64,000 nucleotides of DNA from Octopus sinensis (taxonomy: Eukaryota), in NCBI RefSeq assembly GCF_006345805.1, contig NC_043001.1, positions 134,540,001 through 134,604,000 on the forward strand, in the 5' to 3' direction. Below the pieces are notes generated by a model. That model did no database searches. It had not been told where the DNA came from and was given only the letters and a program-made list of their open reading frames with translations. Position numbers and translations under genes: made by a program. The number at the start of each line of letters is the position of its first letter. Positions within the stretch are counted from its first letter, which is position 1. Shown here piece after piece: positions 51,445 through 63,426 of this stretch.

Positions 51445-53433
51445 TGTAGGGATGAGATGAACCAAAAGGGGCCTGACCAGAACAGGAAGGAGGAGAGAAG
51501 AAGTGAGGGCAGCAAGATCAGGGTCATCTTTTTTCAGCTTGGGGCACTCACTGTGAACAGATGTCAGTAAAGCGAGCTAGCAGGATTGGTAGTTGCAGCT
51601 CGCTTACATTAGGTGCGACAGGTAGGGTGCGAGTTTTGCACTTAGTACAGCTGGACAGCTGACAAGAAGAAGGTGGGTGAACTGTATCTTATTTCCTCAC
51701 ATTACAGTTCCCTCGGACAACAAGCTATTTCGGCATTCGTGTGTAAATATATTTCCTCATTGTTGTTGTTCCCTTCCACAGGGTAAGCAGCATAGCAATA
51801 GGGGTTGTACTGGAAATCAGAGGCATCAAAGTGGAGGACACAGCTTGGCTTTGAAAAGCAGACAATTACAACCACATCAACATGGCTGAGTTGGACACAG
51901 TGCTAAAGGGGGTGAATTTGGCCCTGAAATGAAGACTGCACTCCATCGAAATCCGAACCGATTTGGCCATCATGCTTGGCTGGGTAGGATCAGTGATCAC
52001 CATTGAAAAGAGGATTTGAACCAAAGGGGCTGCAAACGTTAGTAAAGTGCTGCCGAATTGGGTTTGAAGCTAAGCAATGTCTTTGTGCCTTCAGAAAGGA
52101 ACAAGGCAGACATTCTAACCAGGGTGAAAAAGGCCTGGTTGGTGGAACCAGAAGATTCAAAGCAGGGGATAGCCAGTGTGTCGGTTAAGTGACTTGGAAC
52201 TAAGAAGATTGCATGCCATGCATCATATGGATGTGGGTAGAACCCTGTATCTTGCCAGGAGGGTTGACACCAACGTTACTAGACAGAGCATCCAAAACAT
52301 AGTCTGGAACTGTGATAGGTGTCAATCCATTGACCCTGCTTCAGGTGTGTATGATCAGAGAAAGATCTTGGTAGAACACAGCTGGAAACTATTGGTGGTG
52401 GATGTGACACACTACTAGCAGGGGACATATCTCTCGATGGTCAACTGTGCGTCGGATCAGACGGCCATTTGGAGGGAATTGAAAATAGGCCCTGCAGACA
52501 AGATTGCATGTAGCGTGAACAAGATATTCCTGGAGTGGCCCGTGGACCAATTGCTGATGGACAATGGTACTGTATTTCGTTTGGAGAAACTGAAGGAAAT
52601 GCTTGATAAGTGGAACATGTGCTGCTTCTTCAGAGTGGCTCACAGGCCAAGTTGAAATGGGAGTGTGGAAAGACACCATCGAATGATTAAGGCCATGGCA
52701 GAGAGGTGGGGGGGTGCATCTCACCACTGGAAGCAGTATTTTGGTACAAAATGTACCCCTCCCACCAATCAGGACAGGCCACACAGAGTAATATTCAGAT
52801 ATGAATGGCGACATCCAAGTAAACCATCAGAATGCCCTGCAGAAGAGAGAGGGTTATCTTCATGGAGGTGGGAGATGAAGTCTGGGTCAAGCCCCCAAAG
52901 GCATGCTGCACATCTCTGTGGAACAGGGGAACAGTGATGGCTGTTAATTCCAAAAATAATGTTTCTGTTGATGGAGTGCCACATCACGACTTGGATGTTC
53001 ACAGAATTGTTGCTTCATTGGACAATAAAGGTGGAGGAGAGGAAGAGAATGAGGCTCCCTCTCTACAGAGATCACAGCATGTGAGGCATCCACCCCAGGT
53101 GGATGACAGATTTTGACATACAGTAAAGTGAGGAGGTGATCTTTGAGATCAGGGGTGCATGTGGGGATGAAATGAACTGGAAGGAAAGGCCTGTGACAGC
53201 AATGGTCAAGGGGCCTGACTGAAGGAGGAGAGAGGATGTGAGGGAAGCAAGATGAGGGTTGCCCTCTTTTGGCTTGGGGCAAAGCGAGCCTGAGGGATTG
53301 GTAGTAGCAGCTGCTTACATTAGATGCAATGGGTAGGGTGTGAGTTTTAGACTCAGTACAGCTGGACAGCCAACAATGAGAAGGCAGGTGAACCGTATCT
53401 TATTTCCCTACATTACAGTTCCTTTGTACAACA
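51445..53433 (+). mobile_element. Internally deleted Gypsy-type LTR retrotransposon (RNase H and integrase remnants)
   Basis: LTRs 51445-51722 and 53160-53433 (TG...CA); 5-bp TSD TATAC; NHINMAELDTVLKGVNLALK; HHCC zinc finger; MDNG...VERHHRMIK. Confidence 0.92.
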
Positions 53434-53668
53434 TATACAACATAGACCTGTTACTTATAGACCAGATCTCTACCACACAGACCTGTTTTATGCATTAATC
53501 ATGATATTGATCCACTTGAGTTCTGTGTAAGAAATAAACTGAAGAGAGATGAGAAAGATAACACATTGCTGTACAATCTGATTAGTTAAATAAATGATCC
53601 ATACCAACAACATTTATTCCATGGTTTCCAATATCTCAGTAACTCCCTCTGATTCTTCATTCCTTTAA

Positions 53669-53888
53669 CTCTTTAGCATTCAGATTACCCAGTCAAATGT
53701 ATTATACATTTATTCACATTGTTTTGAATTAATTATGCTTTATCTCTTAGCCTCTTCAAAATTTCAATGATGCAATTGTTAATTTTTAGGAACTTGTAGA
53801 GTAGTTACGAGAGGCTGGGTGTAGCCGGTTTGAAGATAAAAGAGTTAGAATATTTGGGTCAGACATGTCCGGTTTAAAAGATAATGGG
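53669..53888. mobile_element. TTAA-flanked MITE, family 2
   Basis: ttaa|ctctttagcattcag...; right end degenerate. Confidence 0.7.
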
Positions 53889-54194
53889 TTTATCATTTTA
53901 CTCATTCTTCATATTTCACTATACAGCAACAGATTTGTTTTTTTCCTGTTTTGATAGGGATGGAGTCCATTGGAAGGGGAGATTGTTCTGATCACATCGA
54001 GGGTCAACCAATTCTCCTATTCTACTTCTATACCTTGTACTTTGGTGGAGGGAACTTACCAAAGATCTATCAATCGATATTTCAGACAGATTAATCAATC
54101 TGCAATAATATTCTACTTTGTTCTGACACCTTTTTTTGAATAATAATTCAATAGTTCTCAAAATGACAAATATCATCCCCTATTTTTAATATTA

Positions 54195-55030
54195 GTGACA
54201 TTACCTCTGCTGGTAATAAAGGGCCTCTCGCTTAGAGTGGGAGGTAGACTGTATGATGCATGTATGCAAACAGCCATGCTACACAGCAGTGAAACATGGG
54301 CTGTGACTGCTGAGGACATGCGTAAGCTAGCAAGAAATGAAGCTAGTATGCTCCGCTGGATGTGTAATATCAGTGTGCATACACAACAGAGTGTAAGCAC
54401 CTTGAGAGAAAATTTGGACCTAAGAAGCATCAGATGTGGTATGCAAGAGAGGCGACCACGCTGGTATGGAAGAGGAAGACCTGGGATGAGGTGGTGAAGC
54501 ACGACCTTTGAACATTGGGACTCATGGAGGCAATGACAAGCAACTGAGACCTTTGGAGATATGCTGAGCTTGAGAAAACCCGACAAGCTAAGTGAGGCCG
54601 TAACGGTGGCCTATGCCAGTGTAGCATAACTGGCCCATTTAAGAGTACCCTTGAATCATTGGGCAATAAACTTTGCTTGTGAAGACCTGTTGAGTCAAGT
54701 GAAATCATTGTTGTGACCGACAGCCAGTACTGCCGGACTGGTCCAGTACCGGTGGCACATAAAAAGCACCATTTGAGCAGGGTCAATGTCAGTACTGTCT
54801 GACTGGTCTGGTGCCAGTGGCAGATAAAAAGCACCAGCACCATTCGAGCATGGTCGTTGCCAGTGGCATGTAAAAAGCACCCACTACACTCTTGGAGTGA
54901 TTGGTGTTAGGAAGGGCATCCAGCTGTAGAAACCTTGCCAGATCAGATTGGAGCCTGGTACAGCTTTCTGACTTGCCAGTCCTCAGTCAAACTGTCCAAC
55001 CCATGCCAGCATGGAATGTAAATGATGATT
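54195..55030 (+). mobile_element. RTE LINE, 5'-truncated
   Basis: KGLSLRVGGRLYDACMQTAMLHSSETWAVTAEDMRKLARNEASMLRWMCN..., then 3' UTR. Confidence 0.92.
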
Positions 55031-55659
55031 ATTTCTCCCCCTCTATAAATGAGTAGACAAAATAAAGTTTGTGTTCATATAATTCTTCTTTCTTTTTCAT
55101 GATATTGGACAAGTTTAAAAATTTGAAAGCTTAATTTTTATTGGATATGGGAGTCTGTTGCCACATGTGCATCCATGCATATACATGCAACAGACATACA
55201 TACAAACATTCACATACTTTCAGCCTTCAATCACCTGTCTAGCGATGGTTACATTTCATCCTCTCAGTATAGAACAGTGAACACAATCCCACTCCTATAT
55301 CTGATTATCTCTGAATAACATAACCCCCACCTCTCTCACTGCCTAGCTTCTAAGCATAATTTACTTGTTACCTCCTTCCTTTCACCCCTGTCAAGTTTGA
55401 CTGTCACCTGCAGTTAATCTTAACTTCCACACCCTACCACTTAATTTCTTTACATTTCTGGGCACTTACTCAGTTAAAATTGGCAATTGGCTTGTTCCTC
55501 ACTATCAATCATCACACAACACTCCTCTACAACAGTCCCTAACAATCTTTCTGATATGCAACCCCTATAACATTAATATAATATACAGAGGCAAAGAAAG
55601 GCTTCCCATTTTGTTCAATATGTGGTTAATGATAGCAAACCTTGCTTTGTATGTCTGTA

Positions 55660-55672
55660 ACCTCATCTCTCT

Positions 55673-55714
<42 letters not shown>

Positions 55715-55738
55715 CTCTCTCCTCTCTCTCATCTCTCT

Positions 55739-55789
<51 letters not shown>

Positions 55790-56130
55790 CTGTATGGCTT
55801 AGTGTACTGTAGTGTACTGTACCTTTGTATGGCTAGGTTGTTGTGAACTGTACCCCCGTATGGCTTGGGGAACTGTGGTGAACTGTATCTTTCTATGCCC
55901 TGGTTGTTGTGAATTGTACCCCTGTGTGGCTTGGTGGACTGTGGTGATCTATACCTTTGTATGATTAGGTGAACAATACCATGAATTGTACCCTTGTATG
56001 GCTTGGTGGATTATGGTGAACTGTACCTTCGTATAACTAGGTTGTTGTGAACTGTGCCCTGTATAGTTTGGACTGCTGAACTGTACCCCACCCCCGCATG
56101 GTTAAGCAAACTATGGTAAATTGTACACCT
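55660..56130. repeat. (CT)n tract followed by a degenerate minisatellite of about 35 bp
   Basis: gtgaactgtacc...tatggcttgg recurs about eight times. Confidence 0.8.
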
Positions 56131-56145
56131 GTATGACTTCATGGA

Positions 56146-56448
56146 GTGGAGGCACATGGCCTAGTGGTTAGAGCAGCGGACTTGTGGTCGAAGAATCACT
56201 GGTTCGAATCTCAGATCGGGCGATGTGTGTGTTTATGAGCAAAACACCTAGGTTCCACACGGCTCTGGTAGAAAGTAATGGCGAACTTCTGCTGACTCTT
56301 TCGCCACAACTTTCTCTCGCTCTTTCCTCTTGCATCTTGCAGACGACTGACCAGCGTTCCGTCCAGGTGGGGAACCTATACGCCAAGGAAACCGGGAAAC
56401 CAGCCCTTATGAGCCAAGTGTGGCTCAAGAAGGAAATATTATTATTAT
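56146..56448 (+). mobile_element. SINE with family A head and an alternative 3' half
   Basis: 14-bp TSD tatgacttcatgga; (ATT)n tail. Confidence 0.88.
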
Positions 56449-56884
56449 TATGACTTCATGGACTGTGCCATTTGCTTCTTAAATGCTTTGGCCTGTAAGT
56501 GCAGAAATAGGGTGAGGTAGAAGTCATAAAACCTTTACTCAGTTATAATGTGACACCTGGTAACTAGAGTATTTGAAAGTCTCAGGTAATATATACCAAC
56601 TTGAAATTTTGTTGACCCACAAAAACTATTACTACCACTGCAACAACTACCACCACAACAATAACTTTATACATTTAAGTTACCCACCTCTGCACTACAA
56701 AATATACTGTTAAACGACTGGCATTGTTATTCACCAGGCACCTGGCAGTGGAGCCAATTTAGAAGTTTCTCATTCTTGAAGCATGTAAGATCTTGTCTGT
56801 TAGAGTTTATTTATTCCAATGTCTATTTAATAACCAAGTATTTCTCTCTCCAGACCAGTGATAACAAGTATTGATGGCAAACAA

Positions 56885-56886
56885 TA

Positions 56887-56924
<38 letters not shown>

Positions 56925-57229
56925 TTTGTGTCTATGTGTATATCAGTATGTTTATATAGTTTTATAGAAAAGACTTGCTCTAAATTACCTGCCTCCTCTC
57001 ACTTTTCCATTCTTTAAATCTCTTTCATACATTCACACTCTGTAAATAACACACATACACACACACACGTACTAAACCACTTGCACATCCACGTCTCTAA
57101 ATAACACACACATACACACATACACACAAATCTCTCTCACATACTTAGTCTAAGTCTCTCACTCGCTCATTCACTCACATATGCACGCACACGTGCACAC
57201 ACACTAGATCACCTTCACATATGCACAAA

Positions 57230-57267
<38 letters not shown>

Positions 57268-57341
57268 GCACACACACACACACACTGTAAATCTCACACA
57301 CATTTAAATTCCTCTCTCAGAATTTCTGTCTTTTTCTCTCA

Positions 57342-57374
<33 letters not shown>

Positions 57375-57395
57375 ATGTATGTGTGTGTGTGCATG

Positions 57396-57427
<32 letters not shown>

Positions 57428-57483
57428 TACACACACACACACACACTCACATACACACTCACATACACACACACATACATACT

Positions 57484-57526
<43 letters not shown>

Positions 57527-57530
57527 GCCT
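56885..57530. repeat. Compound (GT)n/(CA)n/(CT)n microsatellites
   Basis: Direct reading. Confidence 0.9.
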
Positions 57531-57974
57531 TCCTTTGAATCCATGCCTCTCAGTTTTCTTCCTCACTCTCTAAACCACCCTAAATCTTTCTTAATTAGCT
57601 AAACAATCACTAGGTTCCAATAAACTATCAAGTAGACAGTTTGAAGGCCTAGCTTCCATTCTCTCTTTACACAGGTATTGAAACATGAAGTATATCAGAA
57701 ATAATGACAGACCTCTTTATGAGAACATTATAACATTGAAAAGGAATAAACTTGTTTGGGCAAAGCCACCAGTGTCCATTTTCAGTGTTTGCTCTGTTTC
57801 ATGAGCAACTTTATCTGGAGACAAACAACATGGTGGAACAAACAGAATACTTACACTGCTATTCAGAGAGTTGTGAGTTCAATCTACAACAAGTATCTTA
57901 CTCAGTGATGTAGCTGGGATGTGTGCTGCTTGGGGCTGCCATTGAGTTTCTTCCCCCCCACTCCACCTTCAGGT

Positions 57975-58160
57975 CACACACACACATACATACATACATA
58001 CACACGACGGGCTTCTTTCAGTTTCCATCTACCAAATCCACTCACAAGGCTTTGGTCCGCCCGAGGCTGTAGTAGAAGACACTTGCCCAAGGTGCCACGC
58101 AGTGGGACTGATCCCAGAACCATGTGGTTGGTAAACAAGCTACTTACTACACTGCCACTC
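57975..58160 (-). mobile_element. SINE family B head half
   Basis: Matches family B. Confidence 0.85.
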
Positions 58161-58515
58161 ATATATATATATATATATATCATCATCATCATCATCATCG
58201 TATAACGTCCGCTTTCCATGCTAGCATGGGTTGGACTATATTATATATATATATATATATAATATATATTATTTATATTATTATATGTATATAATATGAA
58301 AGAAAGAGAAAGAAAATGGAAGTCACAAGATTCTTTATTAATCAACATGATTGTTTCAACCTAACATGCATCGGTGCCTTGCAAGTGAGATGCTGTACAA
58401 ACAATTGTGGCGCATTAGTGCAGACAAATCATAAATCACTTCAGGTAGATGGCCCTGCTTGATCTGTAGAAAAGACATAGGCAGAAACCTGGTGTAAACT
58501 ATGGACACATAAGAG

Positions 58516-59511
58516 GTGAAGCAATATCAAAGGAAGGTTAACTGGGAAGATAGTGTTTGTGTGGCAGATGCACAGGGACAACAGATTCCGTCACATGCTA
58601 GGGGGAAAAAACTAGAAGTAGTTGATAACTTCCGTTACCTAGGTGACCAAGTCAGTAGCTGGAGTGGATGCTCTGAGAGTATAGCTGCTAAAATAAGAAT
58701 AGCCTGGGCTAAGTTCAGAGAGCTCCTACTTCTGCTGGTAATAAAGGGTCTCTCGCTCAGAGCAAAAGGTAGACTGTATGATGCATGTGTGCAAACAGCC
58801 ATGCTACACAGCAGTGAAACATAGGCTGTAACAGCTGAGGACATGTGTTGGCTTCAAAGAAATGAAGCTATTATGCTCTGCTGGATGTGTAATGTCAGTG
58901 TGCATACACAACAGAGTGTAAATGTCCTGAGAGAAAAGTTTGACATGAGAAGCAACAGATATGGTGTGCAAGAGAGACGACTGCACTGGTATGGTCATGT
59001 GTTGCATATAAATGAAGTGTCACACCTTAACACTGGGAGGAACCTGTGGAAGAGGTAGGCCCAGAAAGTCAAGGAATGAAGTGGTGAAGCATGACCTTCG
59101 AATGATGGGCCCCACAGAGATATGCTGTGCTTGAGAAGACCCAGCAAGCCATGGCCAATGCCAGTATTACATAACCAACCCATTTAAAAGTACCCTTCAA
59201 TTGTCAGGCAATATTCTGTGCTTGAGAAGACCTGTTGAGTCAAGTGAAATTGTAGCCATGGCCGATGCCAGTGCCACCTGACTGGCACCTATGCCAGTGG
59301 CATGTACAAAACACCATTTGAGCATGGGAAATGCCAGTGCTGCCTACACTCTACTACACTCTTGGAGTGGTTGGTTTTAGGAAGGGCATCCAGCTGTAGA
59401 AACCTTGCCAGATCAGATTGGAGCTTGGTGCAACCTCCTGGCTTGGCAGTACTCAGTCAAACCATCCAACCCATGCCAGCATGGGAAGCAGGCATTAAAC
59501 GATGATGATGA
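58516..59511 (+). mobile_element. RTE LINE, 5'-truncated
   Basis: KLEVVDNFRYLGDQVS...AWAKFRELL...KGRLYDACVQTAMLHSSET; (GAT)n tail abuts the mariner. Confidence 0.92.
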
Positions 59512-60763
59512 TCAGGTTGAGTAAGCAACATTTTTGAACCATGAAGAACTTGTATTAGATTTTTGCAGAGTTTTGAATTTTTTAAAGCATTTTTTTGCAA
59601 TTGTCTGATAATGCATCAATAAATTAACATTGATTTTTTTTTTCATTGTTGTTACAATCATCTGAAATGGAGCTGTCAAAGCACAATATTCGAGCAATTT
59701 TGCTACTCAACTTCAAAAAAAGACGTAAAGCAGCTGAAACTGCTCACGATATCAACAAAACATTTGGTGAGGAAATGACTAGTGAGTGGTCAGCTCGAAA
59801 ATGGTTTAAACAATTTTGTAGTGGAGACCTGAGCCTTGAAGATCATGAGTGTAGTGGAAGCCCATCTGTCATCGATGACGGTCAATTAAAGACTGTCATT
59901 GAGAAAGATCCACGTAAAACCACTCAAGAACTGGCAAAAAAAACTTCAAGTTAGCCAGAAAACTGCTTGCAACCATTTGCATGCGATTAGAAAATCAAAA
60001 AAGCTTGACAAATGTGTACCACACAATTTGAAAGAAAATCAGAAAATGTGCAGATATGAAATTTGCTTGTCGCTTCTTTTCTGTAACCAGACCAGTCCAT
60101 TTCTCAACCATATTGTAACTTGCGATGAAATGAGGATTCTGTACAATAATAAGAAATGTTTTTCGCTGTGGTTGGACGAAAATGAAGCACCAAAAACCTT
60201 CCCTAAACACGAGCTTAAGAAGGTTATGGTGACTGTTTGGTGGTGTACTGCTGAACTCACCCACTATAACTTCTTAAAACCAAGAAAAACCATTTCTGCA
60301 GAAACATATTCCTATGAAATTGCCAAAATGGTCAAAAAACTGCTACTCCTCCATCCCAGACTGGTCAACATAAGAGGGCCAATCATTCTACATGACAATG
60401 TTCGACCACACATTTCACTTATGACACTCCAGAAGTTGAGGGAACTTGGCTACAAAGTTCTTCTCCACCCAGCTTATTCCCCAGAACTTTCTCCTACCAA
60501 CTATCATTTTTTCAAGAACCTTGATGGTTTCATGCGAGAGAAGGAGTACAAAAATCAAACCAATACTGAAAGTGCATTCAAAGAGTTCATCAGTTCCAGA
60601 ACTCCAGATTTTTATGTTATCAGAATAAACAAACTTGTAACTCATTGGCAAAACTGTGTTGATTGTAATGGTATTTATTTTGATGAATAAAACTTCTGCA
60701 TTGTTGAAATATATTGTGATGAATTTCATGTTTCAAAACGTTGCTTACTTTTTACTCAGCCTG

Positions 60764-60764
<1 letters not shown>
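59512..60764 (+). mobile_element. Near full-length mariner (Hsmar1-like), frameshifted transposase 59667-60690
   Basis: TIRs tcagg(t/c)tgagtaa...gcaac...; TCDE, HDN and YSPELSPTNY motifs (D,D34N); one frameshift near 59940. Confidence 0.93.
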
Positions 60765-60804
<40 letters not shown>

Positions 60805-60806
60805 TT

Positions 60807-60938
60807 TATTAATATTTAGCAGAAGCAACGGCATGACTCAAGGTCTGAGAGTTTCATGCATTGGCACTTATCAAACTGTGCCAATGCACAAAATTCTCAG
60901 AGCTTGAGTCACTGTGTTGCTTTTGCTACATATTAATA
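60807..60938. other. Imperfect hairpin (51-bp core stem 60817-60928, 10-nt loop)
   Basis: 42 of 51 positions complementary; three more are G-U compatible on the + strand. Confidence 0.9.
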
Positions 60939-61042
60939 CAAATATACACATACTCATATTCTGAGTTCTATTTTTCCTATTTGCTAGCCACTACACACAT
61001 TCTTTTCTCTCTTTTTTTTCTCTCCTTGTTTTTTCTGTCTCC

Positions 61043-61079
61043 CTTTCTGTAGAAGAGCATAGGCTCGAAACGTAAAAGA
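61043..61079 (+). ncRNA. Minimal hammerhead-like motif, core variant
   Basis: cttt CTGTAGA a GAGC atag GCTC GAAA CG T A aaag; T in place of core A6. Confidence 0.55.
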
Positions 61080-61184
61080 CTTTTTCTATTCCTGAGCATT
61101 ATACTAATACATCTGTTTGTTTTGTACACCACCTGTTTTTGTATTTTGTTTTTTTCATAAACTCTCCCTATATATATATATATC

Positions 61185-61503
61185 ATCATCATCATCATCA
61201 TCGTCGTTTAACGTCCGTTCTCCATGCTAGCATGGGTTGGACGGTTCGACCGGGGTTCTGGGAAGCCAGAAGGCTGCACCAGGCTCCAGTCTAATTTGGC
61301 AATGTTTCTACAGCTGGATGCCCTTCCTAACGCCACCCACTCCGTGAGTGTAGTGGGTGCTTTTTACGTGCCACCTGCCAGGTGCCAGGCGGGGCTGGCA
61401 ACGGCCACGGTCAGATTGGTGTATTTTATGTGCCACGGCACGGAAGCCAGTCGAGGCGGTGCTGCATTGGCCACGAGTCGGATAGTGCTTTTTACGTACC
61501 ACC
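61185..61503 (-). mobile_element. RTE LINE 3' end
   Basis: (CAT)n, conserved end, tandem units. Confidence 0.88.
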
Positions 61504-62664
61504 AGATATATATATATAATATTATATTAAATTAGAGACAAAACCACTATTATGCAAATCAAACAAAGAAAGACTTAAGCCAATACATAAAATATTTATA
61601 TAAATTAAATTTAATATATATATACATCTGCATATACATACATATATATGTATATATATCATTATCATCAATATCATCATCATCATTATTTGAACGTCCA
61701 CTTTTCCATGCTTGTATAGGTCAGATGGAATTTATGGAAACAGATTTTCTATTGCAGTTTGCCTTTCCTGTCACAAACCCTCAACTGTTTCCAAGTAAGG
61801 TAATATTTCCTCATAACCAAACATGGTTTCACAGAATGCTGGAAATGAAGAACATTATGTGCATTACACTGACACTTGTTTACAACTATCATGTGATGTG
61901 AAGGCAAGGAGTCAGTAACACATGTACACACACACACATGTATACCAGTAATATACTTAGGACAACCAGAGCACCTTCTTGAAAATTTTATTTTTGCCCA
62001 AATTAATAAGCTACAATAAATCTATTTTTCTATTTATTCATTGTTTCTGTTATATTTATTTATTTATTTACTTTATATTTCCAGATAAATTTACTGCTTC
62101 AGTTGTTTTAGCTTCTTTTTTGCACCAAAGCAGTCAACATTCCATTCGTCATTCCATCACAGAAAATAACAAGACAGAACAATCCAAAAATACCAAGAAC
62201 TAAAGTTGCGGCTTGTAGCACATGAAAGAGAAGAGGATTACAAAACTATTGCAGGAATTCCAATCAATATTTTCCGATCAATAAAAATGCTAAACATTTT
62301 TGCATGCGTGTGTGTGTGTAATTTTTTTTTCCGTTTAATATTAAATTGATAATTTAATATTGAATTACAAATTTCTATTGTTATTTTTGCATTCCGTAGT
62401 AGAATTCTGTTTCTGTCTCCAGACAAAAGACACAATAATAAACGTTTGATAATTAAGAATAAAAATGAATTTGTTCATTATTTTCATTTAAAGAGTATAA
62501 TCACATATTGTGTAAAATATACAATATAATTGATATGATTTTATGTTTATATATATACATACATATATATATGTATGTATATATGTGTGTATATATTTGC
62601 ATGTATATATATTTGTGTGTGTCTGTGTGTGTATATATAGGCATATAAATATATACACACATAT

Positions 62665-63421
62665 ACATATACAAGTGCCACACCCTGGCAGTTGAGGGGA
62701 CCTGTGGAAGAGGTAGACCCAGGAAAACCTGGGTCGAGGTGGTGAAGCACGACCTTTGAACTTTAGGTCTCACCAAGGAAATGACCAGAGACCGAGACCT
62801 TTGGAAGTATGCTGTGCGTGAGAAAACCCGGCAAGACCAGTGAGAACAGTCAAAATCAAAATCAAACCAAATCAATTCATATATCAGAAAGCAGAACCAA
62901 ATTGAGGTCGATCAACATCAGTGGGAATTGCAGCTGTGGTTAAGCGAACCATCCGATCGTGGTCGTTGCCGGCGCCGCCCCGTCTAGCCTCCGTGTCGGT
63001 GGCATGTAAAAGCACCATCCGTTCGTGTCTGTTGCCAGCCTCGCCTGGCCCCCGTGCAGGTGACACGTAAAAGCACCATCCGTTCATGGCCGTTTGCCAG
63101 CTCTGTCTGGCCCCCATGTTGGTGGCACGTAAAAGCACCATCTGTTCGTATCCGTTGCCAGCCTCGCCTGGCCCCCGTGCCGGTGACACGTAAAAGCACC
63201 ATCCGTTCGTGGCCGTTTGCCAGCTCTGTCTGGCACCTGTGCGGGTGGCACGTAAACAAGCACTACACTCGGAGTGGTTGGCGTTAGGAGGGATCCAGCC
63301 GTAGAAACACTGCCAGATCTGACTGGGCCTGATGAAGCCTTCCAGCTTCACAGACCCCAGTTGAACCGTCCAACCCATGCTAGCATGGAAAACAGACGCT
63401 AAATGATGATGATGATGATGA
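62665..63421 (+). mobile_element. RTE LINE, 5'-truncated, with about five tandem 3' UTR units
   Basis: CHTLAVEGTCGRGRPRKTW...DRDLWKYAVREK, then UTR and (GAT)n. Confidence 0.92.
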
Positions 63422-63426
63422 TACAT

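Noticed and set aside
62930-63270. CRISPR-like array (also 25665-26110)
   Set aside because: Units are tandem with no unique spacers; context is eukaryotic LINE UTR or minisatellite
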